Assembly: GCA_029932645.1 (NCBI GenBank)
Contig: JAOZPR010000010.1
Span: 1-24,792, forward strand
Reading direction: 5' to 3'
DNA: 24,792 bases
Source: Candidatus Aenigmatarchaeota archaeon
GTDB taxonomy: Archaea > Aenigmatarchaeota > Aenigmatarchaeia > GW2011-AR5 > JAGGXF01
How positions within the stretch are numbered: the stretch's first letter is position 1; the number at the start of each line of letters is the position of its first letter. This document shows, one piece after another, positions 1 through 8,510 of this stretch. The notes under the pieces are model-generated. The model was not told the origin of the DNA. It searched no databases and saw nothing but the letters and a program-made list of their open reading frames with translations. The translations under genes were made by a program, and so were the position numbers.

Positions 1-350
1 GTGCCATCCTGACCAGGTCTGTTCGTCACCACAGCACGGCCGGATTCTGTTTCAATTATCGCACCCTTTGTGATTATATTTCTTCGCACAAAGTGTGAAT
101 CAGCTGGGTTCTCGACAACCTCGAGTATTTTCGCCTTCTGCGTCTTGCCGCCGACCGTAATATTTGCAATATCAGTGGATAATGCAATAAGTTTTCTATT
201 TCCGCCTCTTACCCTGACTGTTTTGACCTTCTTTTCATTTATCTCAGTTGGTAAGAAATCTCTGCCCCTTTCAGAAGGTTTCTTCTTCCTATGACTCCTT
301 AAAAATCCGCCTGTCTTTTTTCTTTTGGACTTTCTATGCCATTGCACCAT
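1..350 (-). CDS. rps8e: 30S ribosomal protein S8e, 3' end runs off the window
   Basis: Not in the ORF track. Manual translation from ATG at 350: MVQWHRKSKRKKTGG...VRVRGGNRK...VVENPADSHFVRRNIITKGAIIETESGRAVVTNRPGQDG, the S8e signature. RBS AGGTGAG at 354-360. Confidence 0.96.
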   Translation of the reverse strand, partial: MVQWHRKSKRKKTGGFLRSHRKKKPSERGRDFLPTEINEKKVKTVRVRGGNRKLIALSTDIANITVGGKTQKAKILEVVENPADSHFVRRNIITKGAIIETESGRAVVTNRPGQDG

Positions 351-471
351 GTGCTCACCTATCTTGCCTTCAAATATCAATAATAAGAAAGTATTTAATG
401 GTTTATATTTATGTTTTTAAAGATATCTGGCACTAAATGTATTATATTTTAAGTTTTTAGGAGGTTTTAAA

Positions 472-690
472 ATGAGTGACAGACCAATCGATGTCTTGAA
501 TGAAGCAAAGGGGAAAAGAGTAATAGTGAAACTAAAAAACGGCGATGAAATATGTGGCGTACTTCAGGCGCTAGACTTGCATCTCAATATGTGGCTGGAT
601 GATGCCGAAGAAATCGGTGAAAAGAAAAAGGTGAAATACGGGACAGTCTTGGTCCGCGGTGATAACATATTGCTGGTTTCTCCGGAATAA
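472..690 (+). CDS. lsm: Sm-like archaeal protein (SmAP1/Lsm), 72 aa
   Basis: Sm1 motif (V.VKLKNG...G.L...D.HLNM.L..AEE) and Sm2 motif (VLVRGDNILLVSP). RBS AGGAGG. Sits upstream of L37e, the conserved archaeal arrangement. Confidence 0.95.
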   Translation: MSDRPIDVLNEAKGKRVIVKLKNGDEICGVLQALDLHLNMWLDDAEEIGEKKKVKYGTVLVRGDNILLVSPE

Positions 691-749
691 ACCTAATAAA
701 ACCCGATAAAATCATTTTAGAAACACTGAGTAAGCTATAAGGTGATAAC

Positions 750-938
750 ATGGTTAAGGGTACAACAGCAGCTGGTAAAAGACAGACAATAACACATATC
801 AGATGCAGGCGATGTGGCAGGCATTCTTATAATATAAGAACTAAGGTCTGCAGCGCGTGTGGTTATGGAAAGAGCAGCAAGATAAGAAACCAGAAGTGGA
901 AAAACAAAACAATAGGAAAGAGAAAGCGCAAAAAGTAG
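750..938 (+). CDS. rpl37e: 50S ribosomal protein L37e
   Basis: MVKGT...[13 protein letters not shown]...CSACGYG zinc ribbon with basic tail. RBS AGGTGA. Confidence 0.97.
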   Translation: MVKGTTAAGKRQTITHIRCRRCGRHSYNIRTKVCSACGYGKSSKIRNQKWKNKTIGKRKRKK

Positions 939-979
939 CCAGCAAAATCTTAGTTCTGCAACTGAAAAAACTTTAATAA

Positions 980-992
980 ATAAATTTATAAG
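980..992 (+). promoter_or_regulatory. Putative TATA box of tRNA-Lys
   Basis: AAATTTATAAG about 26-30 nt upstream of the tRNA 5' end at 1018. Confidence 0.55.
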
Positions 993-1017
993 TTAAACAT
1001 CAACATATATTTGTTGT

Positions 1018-1148
1018 GGGCTCGTAGCTCAGCCTGGTGAGCCTTTCTCTTTAAAAAGAGAAATCCTCAAGGGAAAGAGAAACACTTGGGTAAATAGAGC
1101 AACTGGCTCTTAACCAGTAGGTCGCGGGTTCGAATCCCGTCGAGCCCT
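1018..1148 (+). tRNA. tRNA-Lys(CTT) with a predicted 56-nt noncanonical D-loop intron (1038-1093); CCA not encoded
   Basis: Acceptor GGGCTCG/CGAGCCC, D stem GCTC/GAGC, anticodon arm ACTGG-CTCTTAA-CCAGT, T arm GCGGG-TTCGAAT-CCCGT. Bulge-helix-bulge: GCCT(1032-35)/GGGT(1088-91) with bulges GG|T and AA|A. Splicing gives D loop AGCCTGGATA. Confidence 0.92.
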
Positions 1149-1149
1149 C

Positions 1150-1160
1150 TATTTTTTCTT
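1150..1160 (+). terminator. Oligo-T terminator after tRNA-Lys
   Basis: TATTTTTTCTT directly after the discriminator base. Confidence 0.5.
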
Positions 1161-1168
1161 GCTGCACA

Positions 1169-1735
1169 CTAGTAAACAGACGAACCGTCAAAAAGAATAT
1201 ATACGCTGGCCTTCGGGTCTAGTGGTGATCCGAAACCGACACGCCAGAGATATTTTCCACCGACAATAGCAGGCTGGACAAATATGGTCGCTGTCTGATT
1301 CCCGTCTTGGTATTGCTTGGCTGTGTCTGTCTCCAAAAACTTGCTTTCCAGCATATCTGAGAATTCTGCCGCCTTGTCTAAGATAGCAATGCTTGCATTC
1401 TGCAATAATTCATTCGTCTCATTAACTATTATCTTTTCTCCTGTGGTGTTAAGCTCTTTCAGTGCTAATGATAGCTCAGCAAGCTCTGATTTGTTGACTG
1501 CTCCGACAACCCAGCCCTTGTCGCTATCTCCAGCAACCAGGCACATGTTTTTACTAACATTACAGTTTATCATGAACTCTTTGCTATCTTGATATTCCTG
1601 GTACTTTAGTGTTGTAAAACTTATTTCCGCCGGAATTGCTTCTTCCTTAACAGGAATTCGGCTGACTAGAACAAAAATAATGCCCAGCATGATTACCAAA
1701 ATCAATGCACTTGCCCTTTGCTTTCCTTTGTCCAT
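1169..1735 (-). CDS. Hypothetical single-pass membrane protein, about 188 aa
   Basis: N-terminal hydrophobic helix (ALILVIMLGIIFVLV). Start moved to ATG 1735 because RBS AAGGTGG precedes it and overlaps the upstream stop codon. Confidence 0.75.
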   Translation of the reverse strand: MDKGKQRASALILVIMLGIIFVLVSRIPVKEEAIPAEISFTTLKYQEYQDSKEFMINCNVSKNMCLVAGDSDKGWVVGAVNKSELAELSLALKELNTTGEKIIVNETNELLQNASIAILDKAAEFSDMLESKFLETDTAKQYQDGNQTATIFVQPAIVGGKYLWRVGFGSPLDPKASVYILFDGSSVY

Positions 1736-1745
1736 TTTATCCACC

Positions 1746-3932
1746 TTATTCAATCGTATAGTTCTGCGCGACGATTTTTATTGTTTCAGTGTCGCTGCTC
1801 ATCGCAGACGCAGCAGTAACATTTATGAAGTAATCCTTGACCTCGACGTCAACAGGCATTCTTATGGCCATGTAAGATGTCTTTGTCTCGTTTGGCTCCA
1901 GTACAAGTTCGTCTGGCTCTATCAATATCCACTCGGCTGCGCCGTCGTGAACAGTTAAACTGAACGTGTCCTTCGTTAAGCCCAGGTTCGTAATGTTCAG
2001 CTCAACAACCTTGTTAGAGCATTGTTCTATGCTGAGTTCTTCCTCTGTCGCCAAATCAACAGCATAGCACTCAGACTTGTTCAAAATGGTTATATCATAA
2101 CTTACCGTTTTCTCAACAGTCGGGTCATATTTTGACCTTATAACTATCTCTGCAGTTTCACTCTCGTTTGTTACTTTGTCTGCTACTATGCGTACGTCTA
2201 TGACTTTTGTTTCTTCTTTGTCCATAAACAAGGTTTGGTTTGTTATATTATCAATCAGCAACCAATCCGCAGATGACGTCAATAAAAATTCATCCTTACA
2301 ATTGCCCGTATTTGTTATTCTTATTTCGTCTTTCTTTTCCTCGCCAGGACACAAGCTCATCTCCTTCTTGTAGGAGTCTAGCTCAAAGCCGAAACAGCTT
2401 TTGACATCGAGTATGACATGCGCCCTGTCAGAGCATTGCTCAGACAAAACATTTATGTTTGCCACATACGTGCCAGGCTCTTTTGGTGTCTTTATCCTGA
2501 GCCTTATCAGACTTGTCTCTTCTTTCACAGGCGTAGAAAATGTTCTGGACTCGGGAACAAGCCACGGCTGATCTATTAAGATTGTATAATTCTCGTCTCC
2601 AACACTTTTGATACCAAGCATCGTGCTCACACCGGCTATCGAACCAGCACAAAGCTCAATCGTATCCGGCGTTGTTATGGCGCTGATATCACAGCATGTC
2701 TCCACAACAAGCTTATTGGTTTGCGTCCTCTCCAGACCAGAGTCTGTACGGACTGTTATATTAACATCGTGCGTGCCCTCTTTCAGACCAGCCAAAACGA
2801 GCGTTGTGCTATTCATCTCATCTGGCTCAGCTGTTAATCTCGTGTCTGTTAAGTTACCTATATTCACACTGAGATTATAACCATCCTCAATCGGCCCGGT
2901 GTTTTTCACACTGACCGAATATTTTATAGTGTCACCAACACAGAAGGTCTCATTCTTTGCCGTGATTATCATGAACGATGCGCACTGTTCAACTTTCATT
3001 GGAACATTAAATTCTTTTTCAAGCCCAGAACCTGTTTTTATGTTTAATTTAATTTTGGTTTCATTAAGCTCTGGCTTATAACTCGCTTTCACAATCATTG
3101 TCTCGTTTGCGGCCAACGAGAATGAATCGTTTTCCAAACTCACATCAGCCGGACCAGATACAATATAAGAATCGGCAGAGTCGCCGATATTCTTGACATT
3201 AATTTCGAAAGACATCTCATCGCCAAGACAAACCTTCTCAGGCGCCGTGAATCCGTATTCAAAATCAGCACACGGTTCGACAACAACGCTCACTACCAAA
3301 TCTTTCTTCACGTCTGTTACCTTACGGTTCTTTGCCGTGAGTTTGACCTCATAAGTGCCTGGCGTTGCTCTACCAGCAAAGTCCAGATTAATATCATGCT
3401 TCTGGCCAGGTTCTAACATGAGCGAATCAGTATCAGCAGTGGCTCCTGTCACAGTGATATCAAAAATATCATTGAACTTGCCTGTGTTCTTTATTTCCGC
3501 AACCAGCTTGACATCCTCATTAACACATACACTAACAGCATCTGGCGCAGTTAATTCAAACGTGTGACAGTTTTTCACAATAAGTATAATCTCTTTTGTG
3601 TAAATTGTACTGCCAGCAGCAGCCTTTATGGTGAAAGAATAATTTCCTGGTGACACATAACATTTTGGTGTGATGAACGCATAGAACTTTGCGCTCTTTC
3701 CTGCATCCAGCTCAATGCTCGCCGGAGCCAAAGATACCCACGCGCCGTTCTCGCCAACAACCGAAAGCCCAAATGTTCCGGTTTCTTCGCCGTCATTTTT
3801 CAGAATCATTTTATAAACAGTGCTGTCGCACTGACAAACTGGTTCTGACGGCTGCTCTGCTATTGTTATGTCTGCCAATGCCATCGTTGAAAGAACCAAT
3901 AAAAATAATATAGCTAACAATATTTTCTTCAT
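1746..3932 (-). CDS. Secreted protein with seven tandem Ig-like (CARDB/NEW3, COG1470-like) domains, 728 aa
   Basis: Signal peptide MKKILLAILFLLVLSTMALA. Repeats of about 100 aa with hydrophobic-x-hydrophobic-KN(T/I/D)G...D-x-(F/Y) and conserved Cys. Many N-x-S/T sequons. Confidence 0.85.
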   Translation of the reverse strand: MKKILLAILFLLVLSTMALADITIAEQPSEPVCQCDSTVYKMILKNDGEETGTFGLSVVGENGAWVSLAPASIELDAGKSAKFYAFITPKCYVSPGNYSFTIKAAAGSTIYTKEIILIVKNCHTFELTAPDAVSVCVNEDVKLVAEIKNTGKFNDIFDITVTGATADTDSLMLEPGQKHDINLDFAGRATPGTYEVKLTAKNRKVTDVKKDLVVSVVVEPCADFEYGFTAPEKVCLGDEMSFEINVKNIGDSADSYIVSGPADVSLENDSFSLAANETMIVKASYKPELNETKIKLNIKTGSGLEKEFNVPMKVEQCASFMIITAKNETFCVGDTIKYSVSVKNTGPIEDGYNLSVNIGNLTDTRLTAEPDEMNSTTLVLAGLKEGTHDVNITVRTDSGLERTQTNKLVVETCCDISAITTPDTIELCAGSIAGVSTMLGIKSVGDENYTILIDQPWLVPESRTFSTPVKEETSLIRLRIKTPKEPGTYVANINVLSEQCSDRAHVILDVKSCFGFELDSYKKEMSLCPGEEKKDEIRITNTGNCKDEFLLTSSADWLLIDNITNQTLFMDKEETKVIDVRIVADKVTNESETAEIVIRSKYDPTVEKTVSYDITILNKSECYAVDLATEEELSIEQCSNKVVELNITNLGLTKDTFSLTVHDGAAEWILIEPDELVLEPNETKTSYMAIRMPVDVEVKDYFINVTAASAMSSDTETIKIVAQNYTIE

Positions 3933-4033
3933 TTACATCACACCCCGATACTAATATCTTGGCAGAAATAGATTAAAAATTACGCCACATTACGCACGTA
4001 ATTGATTCTCTCTTAATTTATTTACGCCTGGCT

Positions 4034-4657
4034 TTACTCGCTCATCTTTTTGAAGCCCATTTCATTTAGTTTTTTCCTCTTTTGTTTCTTTTGTTTTTCA
4101 TTAGGACGTTTCTTTTGATCACGCCCTACAGTACGAGGTTTCTTTTTAGAACCAGGTGTCGTGTGGCGATACTTCTTTTGTCGATCTTCTTTCTGTTGAT
4201 ATGACTTCTTCGAGATTTTGTAACCGAAATCGTCTTCCAAACGCTTTTTTGTCCCAAAGAACATGTAATCTATCCCACCTTTCTTATTATAGTGCTCTAT
4301 AACAGACATAACACCTTTCTTTCTCCAGAAATAACCAAAAATTTCAACTAACTTTTGCTGGTAATCACTCGGAAAACGTAAAACAATTTCCTTCTCTAAA
4401 TCGGGATTTGTATCGATTTTCTTTCTAGTTTTCTCTCTAAGTTCCTCTTCTATTTTCTTTTCTATTTTTATCTCTTCGTCGGTTTTGAATTTAGCACCAC
4501 GAAATTTCAGATATTCTCTAGATAGAAGCTCGTCTTTAATTTCAGGGATTCTGTATTTTTTTGCTTCACCTAAAAGTTCTTCTACGATGAATTTTTTGTA
4601 ATCAGAAAGCTTACCCTTATAAAAAATCTTTACTCTATTTTCTTTCGTCGTCATCAT
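4034..4657 (-). CDS. Hypothetical Lys-rich protein, about 207 aa
   Basis: Long AT-rich ORF. Start placed at ATG-ATG 4657 to avoid overlap with the upstream gene. No recognisable motif; very basic C-terminus. Confidence 0.7.
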   Translation of the reverse strand: MMTTKENRVKIFYKGKLSDYKKFIVEELLGEAKKYRIPEIKDELLSREYLKFRGAKFKTDEEIKIEKKIEEELREKTRKKIDTNPDLEKEIVLRFPSDYQQKLVEIFGYFWRKKGVMSVIEHYNKKGGIDYMFFGTKKRLEDDFGYKISKKSYQQKEDRQKKYRHTTPGSKKKPRTVGRDQKKRPNEKQKKQKRKKLNEMGFKKMSE

Positions 4658-4673
4658 AGTTGTCAGAACTTTA

Positions 4674-6668
4674 TCAGCTTTGATACTCAATCTCTGCGTA
4701 GAACTCATAGAAGGTCGGAGTCCACATCTGCCAGCCAGAACTCACCGGAACAAACTCTATCGTGTTCATTCCTTTTAGTTCTGTGAGTTCTATCTCATAT
4801 TCGCCCCTGTAATAAATATCACTTGCGATAGTGTCGCCGTTCAATATAATATTAAGCGGCTTGATGGAATTCGTCTTCTTTATGTCCATCTTTAAAACCA
4901 TGTTTCCTTTGCCCTCAAAACCAAAGCGTGCATAATTCTTACCAAATATCAGACCGCTGAATACATTGATTCTTCCCAGCTCCAGGGACTCAACATCCCC
5001 AGCATTCGTAGAGAATACTGTGTATTCATCGCCTTCGACGCATCGGCCATTGGACATATAATATTCAACGCATGTCTTCTTCTTCTGTTGCTCGCCGCAT
5101 TCTACCCAGTCACCACACACATCCTCACAGTGTGTAGTCAGGCATTGTCCATTAAGACAACCTGCTGTACAGGTCTGTTTTAGCTTCTCTGTGTCCTTAT
5201 ACAAACATCCCTGTTGTTCAGAGCAGTAATAATCCCTATAAACCTGGTAAACATTACCACCAGAACAATAAACATCGCCAACAAATCCGTCCTTCTTGTC
5301 GCATGCACCCGAAGAGCACAGTGCCGTGCAAAAACCGCCACTGCATCCGCCTGCGCAGTTTTCTATCTTTACTTCCTTTTCTGTGTACACACATGTGCCA
5401 CCCGAATAAGAATAGTCCCTATACTTTCTGTAAACATTGCTGCCCTTACAATATCTTGAACCGACATACCCGTCCTTGTTATCGCAGTTCACTTTGCAAT
5501 CGCAGTCACAATCATAATCACAGCAATCGTCACAGTCATAACAACGTCCGCAAGCACAGCATCCTATGCAGAATGTTCTCGAATATACGACAGGGTCATA
5601 GTCGCAAGCATCATACACAACCTTTATCTTGTGCTTGCCGCAGTCCTTCGCTTTCATGTCACAATCCACGGTCTTTGTTCTGCCAGAGCGCACATATACG
5701 CGAGAATCATCACAACTCATCCTTTTACAATCATAAACCCTGCCACTTGAGCCAACCTTGCATAGATATGCTCGCAGGGAAACGTATTCAGAATCGCAAC
5801 CATCATTGTCTATGGTTATCTCTGTCTTCACACGATCGCCTTTGCACACGCAGGAAGGTGTTGATACATCAACATCTATGTCACAATAATCACATTCGTC
5901 TTCTTCTTCACCATCCAAACAATAACCATTATAGCATCCATAATCACAATATTCATAATTCTTCCATGTCGTAGAGCAGTCAGAACGCTGATACTTGCGC
6001 TGTCGCCAGTCGCCATCACAACGATAATCCAGTAAGTAGCCAGGATCGCATTTGGGCTCACAATCACTAGGGCATGAAGAATATGTCTCGTCGCAGTTGC
6101 ATGAGCCGTCGCCGCAGTGGTCGCAATGTGAACAATACGCGCCATGATTGTGGCACTGCCAGTCGCCGTCTTCGCATATCATATACTGCTTGACATCATA
6201 ATCGCATCTGCTGTCGCCCTCTTCACCATAAGGATTTTCACAATACTTCTCTTCTGGCTCGATATAAACGGTATCGTAAACCCATGGCTGCGGTCCCTGG
6301 CACGCAATAGAATCACACCATCCTACAGCCTTTGCTCTCACATTTTTGCTGCCAGACGAACATCCACTTGTGTCCCACACTTCAGTAATCGTAATAGAAT
6401 GGCATGGAGAAATGTCATAATTATAATAATGCTGGCTGCCGCCAACAACATGGCCACAGGGCACATCAAACTCGACGCGCTCCCTTATAAGCGTCTGCTC
6501 GCCCTGGTTTTTTATCACAACGTTCAGTTCCACGTCTTCGCCAGCGCTGACGTGGTCAGGCACAGCATCCAAATCCAGCGCCTGAATCCAGCACGAAATA
6601 GCGAAAGCCATACCGACGACTAAAGGTAGCAATATCAATACAAGCAAGAGCCTCTTTGCGACATTCAT
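4674..6668 (-). CDS. Secreted cysteine-rich surface protein, 664 aa
   Basis: Signal peptide, N-terminal CARDB-like domain (LNVVIKNQG), CGDGSCNCDETYSSCPSDC motif, three repeats ending C-x2-GC-x2-G-x-C, and a Cys-free C-terminal domain. RBS-like GGTGTGG. Confidence 0.85.
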   Translation of the reverse strand: MNVAKRLLLVLILLPLVVGMAFAISCWIQALDLDAVPDHVSAGEDVELNVVIKNQGEQTLIRERVEFDVPCGHVVGGSQHYYNYDISPCHSITITEVWDTSGCSSGSKNVRAKAVGWCDSIACQGPQPWVYDTVYIEPEEKYCENPYGEEGDSRCDYDVKQYMICEDGDWQCHNHGAYCSHCDHCGDGSCNCDETYSSCPSDCEPKCDPGYLLDYRCDGDWRQRKYQRSDCSTTWKNYEYCDYGCYNGYCLDGEEEDECDYCDIDVDVSTPSCVCKGDRVKTEITIDNDGCDSEYVSLRAYLCKVGSSGRVYDCKRMSCDDSRVYVRSGRTKTVDCDMKAKDCGKHKIKVVYDACDYDPVVYSRTFCIGCCACGRCYDCDDCCDYDCDCDCKVNCDNKDGYVGSRYCKGSNVYRKYRDYSYSGGTCVYTEKEVKIENCAGGCSGGFCTALCSSGACDKKDGFVGDVYCSGGNVYQVYRDYYCSEQQGCLYKDTEKLKQTCTAGCLNGQCLTTHCEDVCGDWVECGEQQKKKTCVEYYMSNGRCVEGDEYTVFSTNAGDVESLELGRINVFSGLIFGKNYARFGFEGKGNMVLKMDIKKTNSIKPLNIILNGDTIASDIYYRGEYEIELTELKGMNTIEFVPVSSGWQMWTPTFYEFYAEIEYQS

Positions 6669-6861
6669 TCAACCACACCCGATGTAATTGATACACCAAT
6701 AATACATTAACAGCGCAAAACGATATATTCCTATGCACCCTTACAACCGTAATGCACCAGTAATTACTACATAATAGTAACTATTAATATATAAAGTTAA
6801 CGGTCGGGCTGTATTGTAACGTTAAAGGGACGCAAAATCGTGAAAAATAGAATTTGGCATT

Positions 6862-7050
6862 TTATGCTATCCCAACTATAATCAAAAGAACCACGCCAAG
6901 CAGCACAGCATACTGTTCTGACTGGAATTCTGTTATGGAAGCTGAGAACACGTCCACCTGTATGGTCTTAGAACCAGACCAGGGGCCTGCGGCGCTGCAG
7001 TCAGCATCGCTGCAATCTGATGAAACCTTTAAGTCATATTCACCACTAGC
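6862..7050 (-). pseudogene. Possible 3' remnant of a surface-protein gene with a PEF-CTERM-like sorting tail
   Basis: Frame reads ...GEYDLKVSSDCSDADCSAAGPWSGSKTIQVDVFSASITEFQSEQYAVLLGVVLLIIVGIA*. It is GC-richer than the AT-rich flanks and has no convincing in-frame start. Confidence 0.35.
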
Positions 7051-7294
7051 CAACAAGATAAGAAAATTTATATTAAAAAAACTGACGTGAATTACGGAGC
7101 AACTACGAAAAAGTACTGTTAATAGCTTAAGGCCGTATTTTGGGCTATACACTGATTAGTGAATTGTTTATAAATGAGAGATAAAGAAATACAGTAAAAA
7201 GAGAAAAGTATTTGAAGAATTTGCTCTAAATATCCTAAATATGTAACTAACTATATTGAGGTTATGTTACTTAGTAGCATAACTCATCTTACTT

Positions 7295-7630
7295 TCATCT
7301 TACTTTAATGCCATTCTTGACCGGCTTTACAGGCCTTAGCAGTGATATAATGTTCTCTTTTTCATCGTCCGCTGCCAACAGCATACCGTCACTCTTTTCG
7401 CCTCTCAGCATCGCCGGCTCGAGATTGCACAGCACGACTATCTGCTTGCCGACAAGGTCTTCTTTCGTATAATGCCCCTTTATGCCTGCTACTAACTGTC
7501 GTGTTTCGTTGCCCAAGTCAACCTGCAATAGAACAAGCTTGTCAGCATTCGGATGATCCTTGAAATCCGTAACAGTTCCCACGCGTATATCAAGCTTCTG
7601 GAACTCCTTGAAAGATATTCTTTCGGCCAT
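7295..7630 (-). CDS. Stand-alone MetRS C-terminal tRNA-binding OB domain (Trbp111-like, MetRS beta subunit), 111 aa
   Basis: ISFKEFQKLDIRVG, HPNADKL, VDLG..TRQLVAGI, NLEPAMLRGEKSDGMLLAA. Own RBS GGAGGT. Confidence 0.93.
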   Translation of the reverse strand: MAERISFKEFQKLDIRVGTVTDFKDHPNADKLVLLQVDLGNETRQLVAGIKGHYTKEDLVGKQIVVLCNLEPAMLRGEKSDGMLLAADDEKENIISLLRPVKPVKNGIKVR

Positions 7631-7802
7631 ATTATTACCTCCGGTGGTTTGTAAAATCTTTATGATTATTAGAAGTAAAAGAAGTAAAATACTTATAGTT
7701 TAAATCGTGCGATTTATAGAAAGTCTGCCAACCGTAAACTATATATACTGGCTCTGCATATATTTACTACTTAGAAGTAATATTTATGGTGGTGTGGTTG
7801 GT

Positions 7803-8510
7803 ATGGATAGAGGCAATATTCCTGTCAAAGAGAGCAGACAAGCGTATAGACCAGAGCGTATAACTACTCAGGCGTATGCTAGAGATTGCGGACTGGCTTG
7901 TCTGAATATGATAGGCGCCAAGAAAACTGGAATTAAATACGAAGAGAAAGAATTAGTCGATATGGCTAGAGAAAGGAGCTTCTTAAATAAAGAAGGTTAT
8001 CTTGAGGTTCCCAGTGCTGTAGCAGCTGCCAATTACTTCTTTGGTCTTAAAAATGTGGTTGTCTTTACAAAAACACCGCATGAAATACAGGAAAGATTAC
8101 AAAATAGAGAAGTTCCTGATAAAAGAGAGAGAGAAAGACTTAAACAACTGCTGAAGGATTATTTTGCATTAAGCCCCGGAAATCCTTATTATGATTATGA
8201 CAATAATCTAGATCCTAAAATAGAGTTTTTAAAGGAGGACCTTTTTGGTAACAAAGAAATGGTTAAAAAAATTTTCGAATATTCAAAATATCCTTTCATG
8301 TTTATATCGGATTCTCATTATGAAGTAGGATTAAAAATAACCCAACAATTATCAGGAATTACTGTTGAGACTATAGAACCGGTGACTGGAAAAAAAGCTT
8401 TGAATACAAAGCCATATAACATTAATGATATGTTGTTCTTCCCAAAACATGACCCTAATTTTAAGAAACGAAAAAATCATCTGAAAGAAGCCGGTATTAC
8501 CGTGTTTTAG
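7803..8510 (+). CDS. C39-like (papain-fold) cysteine peptidase domain protein, about 235 aa
   Basis: QAYARDCGLACLNM matches the C39 motif Q-x4-DCG-x-ACL-x-M. SHYEV supplies a candidate His; IEP sits at the usual DP position. Start ATG 7803 follows GGTGGTGTGG. AT-rich. Confidence 0.65.
   Translation: MDRGNIPVKESRQAYRPERITTQAYARDCGLACLNMIGAKKTGIKYEEKELVDMARERSFLNKEGYLEVPSAVAAANYFFGLKNVVVFTKTPHEIQERLQNREVPDKRERERLKQLLKDYFALSPGNPYYDYDNNLDPKIEFLKEDLFGNKEMVKKIFEYSKYPFMFISDSHYEVGLKITQQLSGITVETIEPVTGKKALNTKPYNINDMLFFPKHDPNFKKRKNHLKEAGITVF

Noticed and set aside
70..436. Plus-strand ORFs 70-294 and 248-436
   Set aside because: Antisense to rps8e.
5214..6623. Plus-strand ORFs, including the His-rich 223-aa ORF
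   Set aside because: Antisense shadows of the Cys/Asp-rich gene; the composition follows from its codons.
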